Below, piece after piece: positions 38,381 to 47,246 of a stretch of 64,000 bases of DNA; within the stretch, counting starts at the first letter, position 1; each line of letters begins with the position of its first letter. Origin of the DNA: Chlorobiota bacterium. GTDB taxonomy: Bacteria > Bacteroidota > Bacteroidia > Bacteroidales > JAADGE01. The DNA lies in contig JAADGE010000001.1 in assembly GCA_013152535.1 (NCBI GenBank), forward strand, positions 7 through 64,006, in the 5' to 3' direction. The notes under the pieces are model-generated. The model searched no databases, was not told the DNA's origin, and was given only the letters and a program-made list of their open reading frames with translations. The position numbers and the translations under genes are program-made.

Positions 38381-40348
38381 TTATTTTTTATCGTCTTCTA
38401 ACAAATTAATTTTTTCTTGTATTTCTGTTATTTGTTTTTTTAAATCATCAATATCGTCAAGTTTTCCCAATCGTTTATTATTCAGCATTTTTTGAAGTTG
38501 ATTTTTTATAATGGGTTCTCCTATGATGTTAATGATTTTTTGTGCTTCATCGTTGTTTTTTATTTTGCTTTCTTTTTTATCGTTAAGATAATCAATAACA
38601 TCTTGTATTTTTTCTTCGGCAAATTTACCGATTAAACCGTCTTGCATAAAAAACGCATTTGAAAATAATGTATGAATATTTGCCCCGAAAGTTTCTTTTT
38701 GTTCTATTTCGGGGATTACTTTGCAATTTCCTGTTTTCTTATCTTTTTCAAGAAACATTATGTGTTTTTCCGGTAAATCAGAAACAATGAAGGGAGAGTG
38801 TGCCGTAATGATTAATTGAACGGGTTTATCAAAAATTAAAGGTAAAACTTTTGTGAGCAAATAAATATTTTGTTTTGACCATTCCGGATGTAAATATAAA
38901 TCTATTTCATCAATAAAAACTAGGTATTTTTCAAAATTAATTTTTCCATTATTTTTTTCTTTTTGCACTTCAATATCTATTAATTCTTTTGCTTCAAGCA
39001 TTTTTGAAAATAAAGTAATAAATGCTAATTCTCCGGAACTTAACCCCCAGTTAAAATACAAGTAATTATTAATTTCAGGGTTATATTTTAACGTTTCTTT
39101 ATAAATCTTAATAATTTCACTAAAAAACTCCCTTGGGATTTCAAAGTTTATAAAGTCTTCTGATATATTATTAAATATAATTTTATCTGTTTTTATTTTT
39201 TTTATAAAATGCAACATTTTCGAAAAAGCATTTAAATTATTTTCATCAAAAAAGGTTTTACTTTCTTTCAAAAATATTTCATAAGTAGCTGTTTGATTAT
39301 TGATTAAATCATAAACAGCATTAATATATTCAAAATAATCTGTAAGTAAACGAGAGTCTGCTTTTATCAGTGTTTCTAGTTCTTTTTTCTTTTCTTTAAA
39401 CGTATTATTTTTAATAGAATTAAATAAATCTCTAATATCTGTAAGTAGATTTCTAATTTGGTTTTTCTCTGAATCTGTATTGTTATCAGGATTTAAATTA
39501 TTAAAAATTGATTTTACTTTAATTTCAAAGGATAAAACAAAAAAAATAGAAAGTAATACTATTATTAATTGCTCTTGTTTAGTATCTGTTTGTATTTTTC
39601 TATATATTTCATAATATATCTGCGATTCTCCTACCTGTAAATTTGTGTTCAATACAAATATGTTTGATGATATTGTTATGTTTTTTATTCCGTTTTTTAT
39701 TCCGACATATTTTAATATATGTTTTGAAAGTTCCGATTTATTAAGGAATTTATCAATACTTATAAGTTCTTTAAGCCAATATTCTCTTAAAACATAAAAG
39801 TTGTTTCTATTAGAAATTTTCTCTTCAATTTTTCTTAAAATATAATTTGTCGAAACATTTATTTGTGTCGAATAAATTCCTTTTGGGTTAAAATATGTTA
39901 TATTCGGACTAAAAGTATTTGATAGATATATACTTGCAATGCTTGGTTCAGGTAATTCTTTATTTAGTCCTCTTTCAGTAAAGAAAGGAATACATTTAAA
40001 CGGAGTGTGTATAGAAATTTTATTATGTAAAATAATAATTTCATTTTGTAAGTTTAAGACAACAAAATATTTTAAATGATAATTTCTTATCCATTTTGAT
40101 AAAAATTCTAATAAACTGCTCTTTCCGCTTCCGTTTTTTCCGACAATTCCGGTAATATTTACAATATTATCGCCGAAAAAATTATCGGGTAAATCATATT
40201 TGTTTGGGGTATATTTTAGTTCACCGCCGGTTATTTTTTCGTTGTCGTCTTCTTTTGGGATAAACTCAAAATAATGTTTCGGGCTGAAATTAAAACCTTG
40301 TAGTTTGATGTTTTTATAATTTTCTATCCAAATGTATAATAGTTCCAT
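38381..40348 (-). CDS. ABC/SMC-type ATPase (AAA_15/AAA_21-like, PtuA-like)
   Basis: Walker A GKNGSGKSS (aa 70-78), then a ~350-aa helical insert. Signature-like LSSGELAF, Walker B YLVFIDEIDLYLHPEW, H-loop ITAHSPFIVSD. Confidence 0.75.
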   Translation of the reverse strand: MELLYIWIENYKNIKLQGFNFSPKHYFEFIPKEDDNEKITGGELKYTPNKYDLPDNFFGDNIVNITGIVGKNGSGKSSLLEFLSKWIRNYHLKYFVVLNLQNEIIILHNKISIHTPFKCIPFFTERGLNKELPEPSIASIYLSNTFSPNITYFNPKGIYSTQINVSTNYILRKIEEKISNRNNFYVLREYWLKELISIDKFLNKSELSKHILKYVGIKNGIKNITISSNIFVLNTNLQVGESQIYYEIYRKIQTDTKQEQLIIVLLSIFFVLSFEIKVKSIFNNLNPDNNTDSEKNQIRNLLTDIRDLFNSIKNNTFKEKKKELETLIKADSRLLTDYFEYINAVYDLINNQTATYEIFLKESKTFFDENNLNAFSKMLHFIKKIKTDKIIFNNISEDFINFEIPREFFSEIIKIYKETLKYNPEINNYLYFNWGLSSGELAFITLFSKMLEAKELIDIEVQKEKNNGKINFEKYLVFIDEIDLYLHPEWSKQNIYLLTKVLPLIFDKPVQLIITAHSPFIVSDLPEKHIMFLEKDKKTGNCKVIPEIEQKETFGANIHTLFSNAFFMQDGLIGKFAEEKIQDVIDYLNDKKESKIKNNDEAQKIINIIGEPIIKNQLQKMLNNKRLGKLDDIDDLKKQITEIQEKINLLEDDKK

Positions 40349-40375
40349 TTTGTTTTGTTTTAATTTGTTTTTCTA

Positions 40376-40401
40376 TCCGTGCCACGCTGCAGCGTGGCAC
40401 G
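40376..40401 (+). repeat. REP-like palindrome copy 4
   Basis: ccgtgccacgctgcagcgtggcacgg with flanks tat...tt, 16 nt after the RAYT stop. Confidence 0.9.
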
Positions 40402-40417
40402 GTTTGCTCACTTTAAA

Positions 40418-41008
40418 CTACCAAATGTGTCTTAATTCATTATCATCCGGTTTATACAATGTCTGATATTCCAAATTATCTTTATCGTAATTTATAATTT
40501 CTTGTGCCAAATTTATATTACATAAACTTCCTGTTCGTAAACCTGCATGGTCTTTAAAAGAGGAGAATTGCCAATCGGAAACTTTGGATACAAGTTTAGC
40601 TTCAAACGGATTTCTGTGAATATAGTGAAAACAGGTTACGGCATATTTGTTTGTATTAACTTGGTACAGACATTTTGATTTTGTATTTTGTCTGAACAGA
40701 GAACCGCTTAAATTTTCTTGTTTGTTAATTGCCTGTGAATATTGGCTTAACAAAAGCCGTAAATTTTCCGAAAATTGACTTGCTTCTTGTTTGCGTTTTT
40801 CTGCTTGTTTAATTGTTCTGTCGTTTGCAGCAATCATAATGTGAAAATGATTAGGCATTAAACACCATGCGAGAATATCGGAAACCGGCATTAAATATTT
40901 TCTGATTTTTTGAATAAAAAACAGATAATTTTCATGCGAGAAGAATATTTTTTGATATTGATTCCCCGTATTGTAAATATGATATATTTTGTTTTCTTCA
41001 AAAAACAT
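40418..41008 (-). CDS. REP-associated tyrosine transposase (RAYT; IS200/IS605-like HUH Y1 enzyme)
   Basis: HUH motif in LMPNHFHIMI (H54-F-H56). Catalytic Tyr motif FHYIHRNP. Size of 196 aa. Flanked by inverted copies of the palindrome. Confidence 0.8.
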   Translation of the reverse strand: MFFEENKIYHIYNTGNQYQKIFFSHENYLFFIQKIRKYLMPVSDILAWCLMPNHFHIMIAANDRTIKQAEKRKQEASQFSENLRLLLSQYSQAINKQENLSGSLFRQNTKSKCLYQVNTNKYAVTCFHYIHRNPFEAKLVSKVSDWQFSSFKDHAGLRTGSLCNINLAQEIINYDKDNLEYQTLYKPDDNELRHIW

Positions 41009-41022
41009 ATTGCTGTTATTAA

Positions 41023-41048
41023 CCGTGCCACACTACAGCGTGGCACGG
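41023..41048 (-). repeat. REP-like palindrome copy 5 (variant, inverted orientation)
   Basis: ccgtgccacactacagcgtggcacgg with flanks aa...at, 9 nt after the citF stop and 14 nt upstream of the RAYT start. Confidence 0.85.
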
Positions 41049-41057
41049 ATACATCAA

Positions 41058-42617
41058 TTACTCAAACTTCTTCAATTTCCTGACAACGTCAATTACCGTT
41101 CCGTCAACCCATTTTATTGCGGCGATTATTTCGTCGGTAAATTCGGGTTTTTGCGGTTTACCGCATATTTTTTCGGCTTCGTCTTTCAGTTCTTGTATGG
41201 TTTTTATCGGTAAACCGGAATTTTTGCTTGCTTCGATTAAATCTTTTCGTAAAGGATTTATCGCAATACCGCGCTCGGTAACGATAACGTCAATAAGCTC
41301 GCCCGGTCCGACAAGTGTTGTAACTTCATCTACAATAACCGGAATACGATTGCGGAAAAGAGGCAAGGGGAGGATAACGGTTTTGCTGAACAAGCAGTTT
41401 TGCCAACCGCCGATACCGTGCATCAATAAACCGTCTGAATGTGTAACCACGTTGCCGTTAAAATTTACGTCAACTTCCGTTGCTCCGAGAATAACAACAT
41501 CAACCATTCCGGCAAAGTTGCCTTTGCCGTGGTAGTTGTAGCTCGTAAACGGGCTTGTCCAAGTGTGGTTCGGGTTTTCACGCATTGAACGTACGCCTTC
41601 GAGGTCGAAAGTTTGTCCGTCAAGAATGTAGTCAATTAAACCATCTTCGAGCATTTCTACGAGATATTTGTTGCTTCCGCCGCGTGCAAAACGTGCTTTT
41701 ATGCCTTTTTGCCGCATAATGTCGCCGAAATATTTGCTTACGGCAAGTGATGTTCCGCCGGCACCTGTTTGGAAGGAAAATCCGTTTTTTATAATGCCGG
41801 TTGCTTCACAAAATTTTGCGGTCATTTCGGCAAGCAGTAACCTGTCAGGGCTCTTGGTTATTTGCGTTGTTCCCGAAACGATTTTATCCGGGTCGCCTGC
41901 TTTATCTACTTTTACTACGTAATCAACGTAATTTCCTTGAATTTGCCACGGCACGCAGGGAAAAGACACAAGATTATCCGTAACAACTATTACTTTATCG
42001 GCATATTGCGAGTCGGCAAGGGCAAAACCGAGCAGCCCGCTTGCCGATGTACCGGTAAGTCCGTTTGCGTTTCCGAAAGGGTCGGCGGTTCCGGCGGCAA
42101 TAATTGCGATGTCTATTTTCACTTCACCATCTTGCACGGCTTGATAGCGTCCGCCGTGCGAACGAAGTATTGCCGTTCCTTTCATTTTTCCTTCGGAAGC
42201 AAATCGTCCGAGAGGTCCGTTCATACTGCCTTCTATACGTTGTATTGTTCCGTCTTCAAGATAAGGAATAAGATGTTCGTGGCAGGGAAACGATGCCGAA
42301 GGAAACCAGCGTAAATATTTTATACCTAATCCTTTGGCAATGTCAAAAACTTGGTTCATAATTAAATCGCCGTTTCTGAAATGATGATGAGAAGAAATTG
42401 TCATACCGTCTTTAAGTCCGGCTTTTATAAGGGCTTCTTTAATGTTATTTACAAGTTTGTTTCCGTCCGGCGGATAATCGGCATTTGTAGAAATTATTGG
42501 TGCGTGTTTTCTGCCTTCGGGTTTATATTTTCCTACACCTTGATACGGAATTTGTGTTTCTCCGTTAACTTCGGTCGGGACTATTCGTCCTGCTGCGTTT
42601 TTTATTAGTTTTGACAT
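41058..42617 (-). CDS. citF: Citrate lyase alpha subunit / citrate CoA-transferase family protein
   Basis: 519 aa with CitF-type motifs SSHHHFRNGD, LRSHGGR and QTGAGG. No citD or citE next to it. Confidence 0.75.
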   Translation of the reverse strand: MSKLIKNAAGRIVPTEVNGETQIPYQGVGKYKPEGRKHAPIISTNADYPPDGNKLVNNIKEALIKAGLKDGMTISSHHHFRNGDLIMNQVFDIAKGLGIKYLRWFPSASFPCHEHLIPYLEDGTIQRIEGSMNGPLGRFASEGKMKGTAILRSHGGRYQAVQDGEVKIDIAIIAAGTADPFGNANGLTGTSASGLLGFALADSQYADKVIVVTDNLVSFPCVPWQIQGNYVDYVVKVDKAGDPDKIVSGTTQITKSPDRLLLAEMTAKFCEATGIIKNGFSFQTGAGGTSLAVSKYFGDIMRQKGIKARFARGGSNKYLVEMLEDGLIDYILDGQTFDLEGVRSMRENPNHTWTSPFTSYNYHGKGNFAGMVDVVILGATEVDVNFNGNVVTHSDGLLMHGIGGWQNCLFSKTVILPLPLFRNRIPVIVDEVTTLVGPGELIDVIVTERGIAINPLRKDLIEASKNSGLPIKTIQELKDEAEKICGKPQKPEFTDEIIAAIKWVDGTVIDVVRKLKKFE

Positions 42618-42644
42618 ATTAGTTGAAAGTTATAAAGTTAAAAG

Positions 42645-42989
42645 TTATAAAGTTGAAAGTTCAAGCCAATATTCGGCGGCTCTTCTGAGATGCGGAATAA
42701 CAACAGAACCGCCGACTAACACGGCAACTGAAAATATTTCATACATTTCTTTATCGTTGACATTAAGATTCTTACATTTTTCCAGATGATATTTAATACA
42801 ATCATCACAACGCAAAACCATTGATGTTGCCAAACCAAGCATTTCTTTTGTTTGTGATGACAACGCACCGTCTTGATAGGTTTTCATATCCAGATTGAAA
42901 AGCCGTTTTATCGCTAAATTATCATGAGATAAAATCAGTTTGTTCATTTTTTCGCGATATTCGTTAAATTCCTTAATTATATTACTCAT
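42645..42989 (-). CDS. Carboxymuconolactone decarboxylase/AhpD-like family protein
   Basis: 114 aa, all-helical, with the CxxC-type motif RCDDCIKYH. Confidence 0.7.
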   Translation of the reverse strand: MSNIIKEFNEYREKMNKLILSHDNLAIKRLFNLDMKTYQDGALSSQTKEMLGLATSMVLRCDDCIKYHLEKCKNLNVNDKEMYEIFSVAVLVGGSVVIPHLRRAAEYWLELSTL

Positions 42990-43642
42990 TTTTTATTTTT
43001 TAATAAAGAATTATCTAAGTACTTATTTTTATATTCGTTTATAAATAAATAACATATTGCTGTTATTATAATTCCTGTAATTGATCCGGCAAGTGTATCA
43101 CCGAGAAAATGCCACGATAAATAAATTCTTGAATATCCGACCAATAAGGCAATTATAAGAAAAATAAACTTCAGAAACTTATTTTTTACGATAACAGCCG
43201 ATAAGAAAAAAATTGCAAATGCTGCTGCCGTATGTCCTGAAGGAAAAGAAAAAAAATTTGCAGGCTCTGCTCCTTTAATAATGTACAGCTGATAATTGCC
43301 CTTATAATGTTCTTGAAAAAACATTACAGGTCTTAAACTTCCTGAATATACAGTGTGTTTTAAGATTTGTACAACTAAACTTGTGATAATCAAAGAAACA
43401 GCTGAAATTAAAGCCCAACGGTATTTAATAAACAGTAAAACTACTGTAAAAACAGCTGCAAATATTCCGTCGCCTAACCAAGTCCAATATTTAAATAAAA
43501 AGTCAAAAAACAGAATATGTCGTGAGTTTATAAAAATATGAATATCTGTTTTGCTGAAGAATAATAAACAAGCAGAAGAAATCAATAATATTGACAGATA
43601 AGGAATTATAAAAATGATATTATCTTTGAATAAGTTTTTCAT
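42986..43642 (-). CDS. PAP2-family membrane phosphatase
   Basis: Multi-TM protein with PAP2 motifs PSGHTAAAF and SRIYLSWHFLGD. Its stop overlaps the downstream start by 4 nt (ATGA). Confidence 0.8.
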   Translation of the reverse strand: MKNLFKDNIIFIIPYLSILLISSACLLFFSKTDIHIFINSRHILFFDFLFKYWTWLGDGIFAAVFTVVLLFIKYRWALISAVSLIITSLVVQILKHTVYSGSLRPVMFFQEHYKGNYQLYIIKGAEPANFFSFPSGHTAAAFAIFFLSAVIVKNKFLKFIFLIIALLVGYSRIYLSWHFLGDTLAGSITGIIITAICYLFINEYKNKYLDNSLLKNKK

Positions 43643-43725
43643 GCGTTTATTTTACAAAAATAAATATTTGAAATTAAAAGTTGTCTTAAAAATAATATAT
43701 TTATATTTAACGGAAATTTAAAAGG

Positions 43726-44604
43726 ATGGAAAAACAAAATATTGCATTAGTATTATCAAGCGGAGGTGCCAGAGGTGTTGCCCATATCGGTGTTATAGAA
43801 GAACTTGAAGCACAAGGATTTAAGATAACATCCGTTGCCGGAAGCTCAATGGGCTCAGTTATTGCCGGTGTTTATGCAATGGAAAGTATGCATGTATATA
43901 AAAACTGGTTGTTAACTCTTAAAAGAACAGATGTATTAAATCTTATGGATTTTACTTTCAGTAAGAGCGGTTTAATAAAAGGAGAAAAAGTGTTTAAAGC
44001 AATGCAGGAATTTATTCCGGATAAAAATATTGAAGATTTAAAAATATCGTTTACAGCAGTAGCAACAGATATATTAAATGAAAAAGAAGTTGTTTTTTCA
44101 GAAGGCAGTATTTATGATGCAATGAGAGCATCTACAGCAATTCCCACTGTTTTTAAACCCGTAAAAAGTAATAATACAATACTTGTTGACGGCGGGGTTT
44201 TAAATCCTTTGCCTTTAAATCGAATAAAACGGAATTCGGGTGATTTATTAGTTGCTGTTAATGTTTATGCCGACATTCCTTTTGAACGAATGAAAACGAA
44301 AACAAATATTGTTAAAAATAAATTTTTAGATAAACATTTGAATATTTCTGCACGATTAAAATTAATTGATTCGCATAAAAAAGATCAGCGAAAGATCGGA
44401 TATTTGAAACTAATTGATTATGCTACGCGTACAATGGTCTTTAAGTTATCCGAAATGGCAATAAAATTGTATCAACCGGATATTATTATAAATATTTCAC
44501 GACATTCGGGAAATACATTTGATTTTTATAAAGCTGAAGAATTGATTGAGATCGGCAGGAAAGCGGCAAGAAAAAGTATAAAAGACTATATTAAGAATGC
44601 ATAA
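43726..44604 (+). CDS. Patatin-like phospholipase
   Basis: Oxyanion motif SSGGARG, nucleophile elbow GSSMGS, catalytic Asp motif VDGG. Confidence 0.85.
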   Translation: MEKQNIALVLSSGGARGVAHIGVIEELEAQGFKITSVAGSSMGSVIAGVYAMESMHVYKNWLLTLKRTDVLNLMDFTFSKSGLIKGEKVFKAMQEFIPDKNIEDLKISFTAVATDILNEKEVVFSEGSIYDAMRASTAIPTVFKPVKSNNTILVDGGVLNPLPLNRIKRNSGDLLVAVNVYADIPFERMKTKTNIVKNKFLDKHLNISARLKLIDSHKKDQRKIGYLKLIDYATRTMVFKLSEMAIKLYQPDIIINISRHSGNTFDFYKAEELIEIGRKAARKSIKDYIKNA

Positions 44605-44627
44605 ACGGACGGGTTAACCCGTCCGTT
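44604..44627. terminator. Bidirectional terminator-like hairpin between convergent genes
   Basis: aacggacggg-ttaa-cccgtccgtt forms a perfect 10-bp stem. A T-rich run follows only on the minus strand (tttatgc). Confidence 0.6.
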
Positions 44628-44644
44628 ATCGTACTATAAATAAT

Positions 44645-46027
44645 TTATTTCCCTTTCATTTTCAAATACTTATCCGCTTTATCAAAATTAGGAATTCCGT
44701 ATCCGTATTCATTATCCGGATGTGAATATCTGTCAGCCGTTTTGATAACTGCATCAATAATTTCCATATTTGAGCATTCGGGATGAGCCTGCCACAAACA
44801 AGCAACGGCTCCGGCAACAATAGGTCCTGAAAATGACGTTCCGAAAGAAAAAGTAACTCCTCGTTTGGGCAGCAATACCCATACGAAAGCACCTTGTGCC
44901 ACAACTTCCGGCTTTATTCTGCCGTCGTATGTAGGTCCTACGGAACTGAAATTTGCTATCATACCTTCGCCTGATACGGCACCGACTGTTAAAGTTGAAT
45001 CGGCATCTGCCGGAGAAGTAATGTATTTCCAAGGAACATCACCTTCATTTCCGGCACTCGTTACACACAAAATACCTTTTGAGGAAGCAATATCCGCTGC
45101 CACTGTTGCAGGTGCAATATCTCCGTTCATATCTTTATATTTAAAACTTACTGATTTATCATCAAAATTATTGTATCCGAGAGAAGAATGGATAATATCT
45201 GCACCGACACTGTCGGCAAATTCAGCTCCGGAAATCCAGTAATATTCCTCAACTAAATTTTCAGAATGTTCATCTTCTGTTCTTAATAACCAAAACTTTG
45301 CTTTCGGTGCTGTTCCGATAAGTTTTCCGGGCATATCGGCAGCCATTGTTGACAAAACCTGCATTCCGTGTGTGGCATCTCTGTACACATCACTGTCACG
45401 AGCAACAAAATCTTTAATACCCAAAATTTGTTTATTTGTTCTGATACTGTCAAAACCTTTTATTCTGTCCACATTTTTAAATCCGGCATCCAACACAGCA
45501 ATTTGCATACCTTCTCCTGAAAATCCTTTATTATGAAGATTCTGCAAATTCATAATTCGTACTTGATTTTTGCCGTAACCGTAGTCGTAATTATAAAATG
45601 TATCCGGTTTACTTTCAATGTTAATTTCTTCCGGATCAGGTTGTATATATTTGGGTTTTTCTTTTTTAGAAATTTTTACTGTATCAACAAAATCAAGCAG
45701 ATATGCTTTGTTAATTAAAGTAGAATCTTCACTGTGAACAACAACATGATTAAACCATTTTGAGACGGCATATATTTCAAAACCCAAGTTTTTAATACTG
45801 TCAATATAGGTTTTATTTACTGGAAAATCTTGCTCGGTAATCGGAATGTTGTATTTTTGTCTTCGCAAAACAGCTCTTTCAGAAAGAAACTCAAGCGGCT
45901 TATCAACAGAATAAGTCGAATTTGCCTTATCTTTAAAACGTATTAACCAGGTATTCGGAGCAACTTTTTGTGCAAAACCTGAAAAAAATGATAAAAATAT
46001 AACGGACAACAATAATCCTTTTTTCAT
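44645..46027 (-). CDS. Secreted S8 (subtilisin-family) serine peptidase
   Basis: Signal peptide. Catalytic triad contexts AVLDAGF (D), THGMQVLS (H) and GTSFSGP (S). Confidence 0.85.
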   Translation of the reverse strand: MKKGLLLSVIFLSFFSGFAQKVAPNTWLIRFKDKANSTYSVDKPLEFLSERAVLRRQKYNIPITEQDFPVNKTYIDSIKNLGFEIYAVSKWFNHVVVHSEDSTLINKAYLLDFVDTVKISKKEKPKYIQPDPEEINIESKPDTFYNYDYGYGKNQVRIMNLQNLHNKGFSGEGMQIAVLDAGFKNVDRIKGFDSIRTNKQILGIKDFVARDSDVYRDATHGMQVLSTMAADMPGKLIGTAPKAKFWLLRTEDEHSENLVEEYYWISGAEFADSVGADIIHSSLGYNNFDDKSVSFKYKDMNGDIAPATVAADIASSKGILCVTSAGNEGDVPWKYITSPADADSTLTVGAVSGEGMIANFSSVGPTYDGRIKPEVVAQGAFVWVLLPKRGVTFSFGTSFSGPIVAGAVACLWQAHPECSNMEIIDAVIKTADRYSHPDNEYGYGIPNFDKADKYLKMKGK

Positions 46028-46125
46028 AATAAAAATGATTTAATTTATTTAACGGCAACAAATGTAATTTTTTTAAGAAAATATAAAGAATTCTGTTTTA
46101 ATAAATATTTATTAATTGATAAAAT

Positions 46126-47199
46126 ATGCGACAACTGATTTTTATAATTACTGCATTAGTGCTGCTTTCTGCAACTTGTAATGTGAATAAAAATAATAAA
46201 ACTATGAGAAATAATTCATCAGAGGAAAATACCGGTACGAATAGTCTTATAAAAAAAGACAGTTATGTAATTGCTTCTTATAATGTTGAAAACCTGTTTG
46301 ATACAATTGATGATCCGAATACGAAAGACTATGAATTTACTCCGAAAGGTTATAAACATTGGACAAAAAAACGCTATGATAAAAAAATAAAAGATTTATC
46401 TTGGGTTTTAAGTAATATTTCGGGCAGTTTGCCTGCACTTATCGGCTTATGTGAAGTTGAGCACAAATCAGTTGTTCGGGATTTGGCAAACAGCAATTTA
46501 TTAAAAAAAGGAAATTATAAAGTTGTTCACAGAGAAGGACCTGATATACGCGGTATTGACGTTGCAATGATGTATCGTTCAGATTTGTTTCATTTAATTG
46601 ATTTTGAAGAAATTCCTGTTATTGTTCCTTCTGCACCTGAATCGAAACTGCGTAATATTTTGCACGCTTGGGGAACCTTTGCCGACAGCGATACCTTTCA
46701 CATTTTTATTAATCACTGGAAATCCAGAAGAGGCGGGAGCGACGAAACAGAATATAAAAGAATTGCCGCAGCAAAAATTCTTAAAAAACATACTGATGAA
46801 ATTTTTGCAGAAAATAAAGATGCAAATATTATAATAATGGGTGATTTTAACGATGTTCCCAAAAGCAAAAGTTTAAATATTGTATTAAATGCTACAAATA
46901 ATACTAAAAATCCGGCTTTTAATGAATTCTATAACTTATTGTATAACAAATCACTAAAAGGAGAAGGGACAAATTCGAGAGATTATCGTTGGTTTATGTT
47001 GGATAATTTAATTGTTTCGCAGGCATTGCACGACGGAAAAGATTTTTATGCAGAAGAAGGGCAAATTTTTAAATCGGATAAGATATTATATTATAATGCG
47101 AAGGCAAATTTTAAAACTCCGAATAAAACCTACGGCGGAAAGAACTATTACGGCGGATACAGTGATCATTTACCGGTATATTTTATACTAAAAAGATAA
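46126..47199 (+). CDS. Secreted endonuclease/exonuclease/phosphatase (EEP) family protein
   Basis: Signal/lipoprotein-like N-terminus (LLSATC). EEP blocks SYNVENLFD, IGLCEVE, GDFND and SDHLPV. Confidence 0.75.
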   Translation: MRQLIFIITALVLLSATCNVNKNNKTMRNNSSEENTGTNSLIKKDSYVIASYNVENLFDTIDDPNTKDYEFTPKGYKHWTKKRYDKKIKDLSWVLSNISGSLPALIGLCEVEHKSVVRDLANSNLLKKGNYKVVHREGPDIRGIDVAMMYRSDLFHLIDFEEIPVIVPSAPESKLRNILHAWGTFADSDTFHIFINHWKSRRGGSDETEYKRIAAAKILKKHTDEIFAENKDANIIIMGDFNDVPKSKSLNIVLNATNNTKNPAFNEFYNLLYNKSLKGEGTNSRDYRWFMLDNLIVSQALHDGKDFYAEEGQIFKSDKILYYNAKANFKTPNKTYGGKNYYGGYSDHLPVYFILKR

Positions 47200-47246
47200 A
47201 AACATATTAAAAATTACGAAAGTCAGGTGAAATATTAATAGTATTT

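Larger units (their letters stand above)
40376..41048 (-). mobile_element. REP-RAYT-REP unit (Y1 HUH transposase bracketed by inverted REPs)
   Basis: Copy 4 (+ orientation) and copy 5 (- orientation) bracket the 196-aa HUH gene, the canonical RAYT arrangement. No IS-type terminal structures other than the REPs are seen. Confidence 0.7.

Noticed and set aside
34683-41048. Could the five identical 26-bp repeats be a CRISPR array?
   Set aside because: The repeats are perfect palindromes separated by 0.6-2.7 kb of bona fide protein-coding genes, not by 25-40-bp spacers. They occur in both orientations, no cas genes are present, and an HUH/Y1 RAYT gene is adjacent. REP elements explain them.
41197-42608. 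Multiple + strand ORFs of 60-150 aa (41197..41535, 41668..41922, 41801..41983, 41862..42314, 42381..42608) opposite citF
   Set aside because: They are antisense shadows of a relatively GC-rich, clearly homologous gene, with low-complexity or Arg/Cys-rich translations. The same reasoning applies to the ORFs opposite gyrA (53573-55985), the Fe-S oxidoreductase (3846-5407), the M1-M28 peptidase (29660-31339) and the S8 peptidase (44865-45242). It also applies to same-strand out-of-frame ORFs such as 31874..32105, 33271..33535 and 44662..45032.
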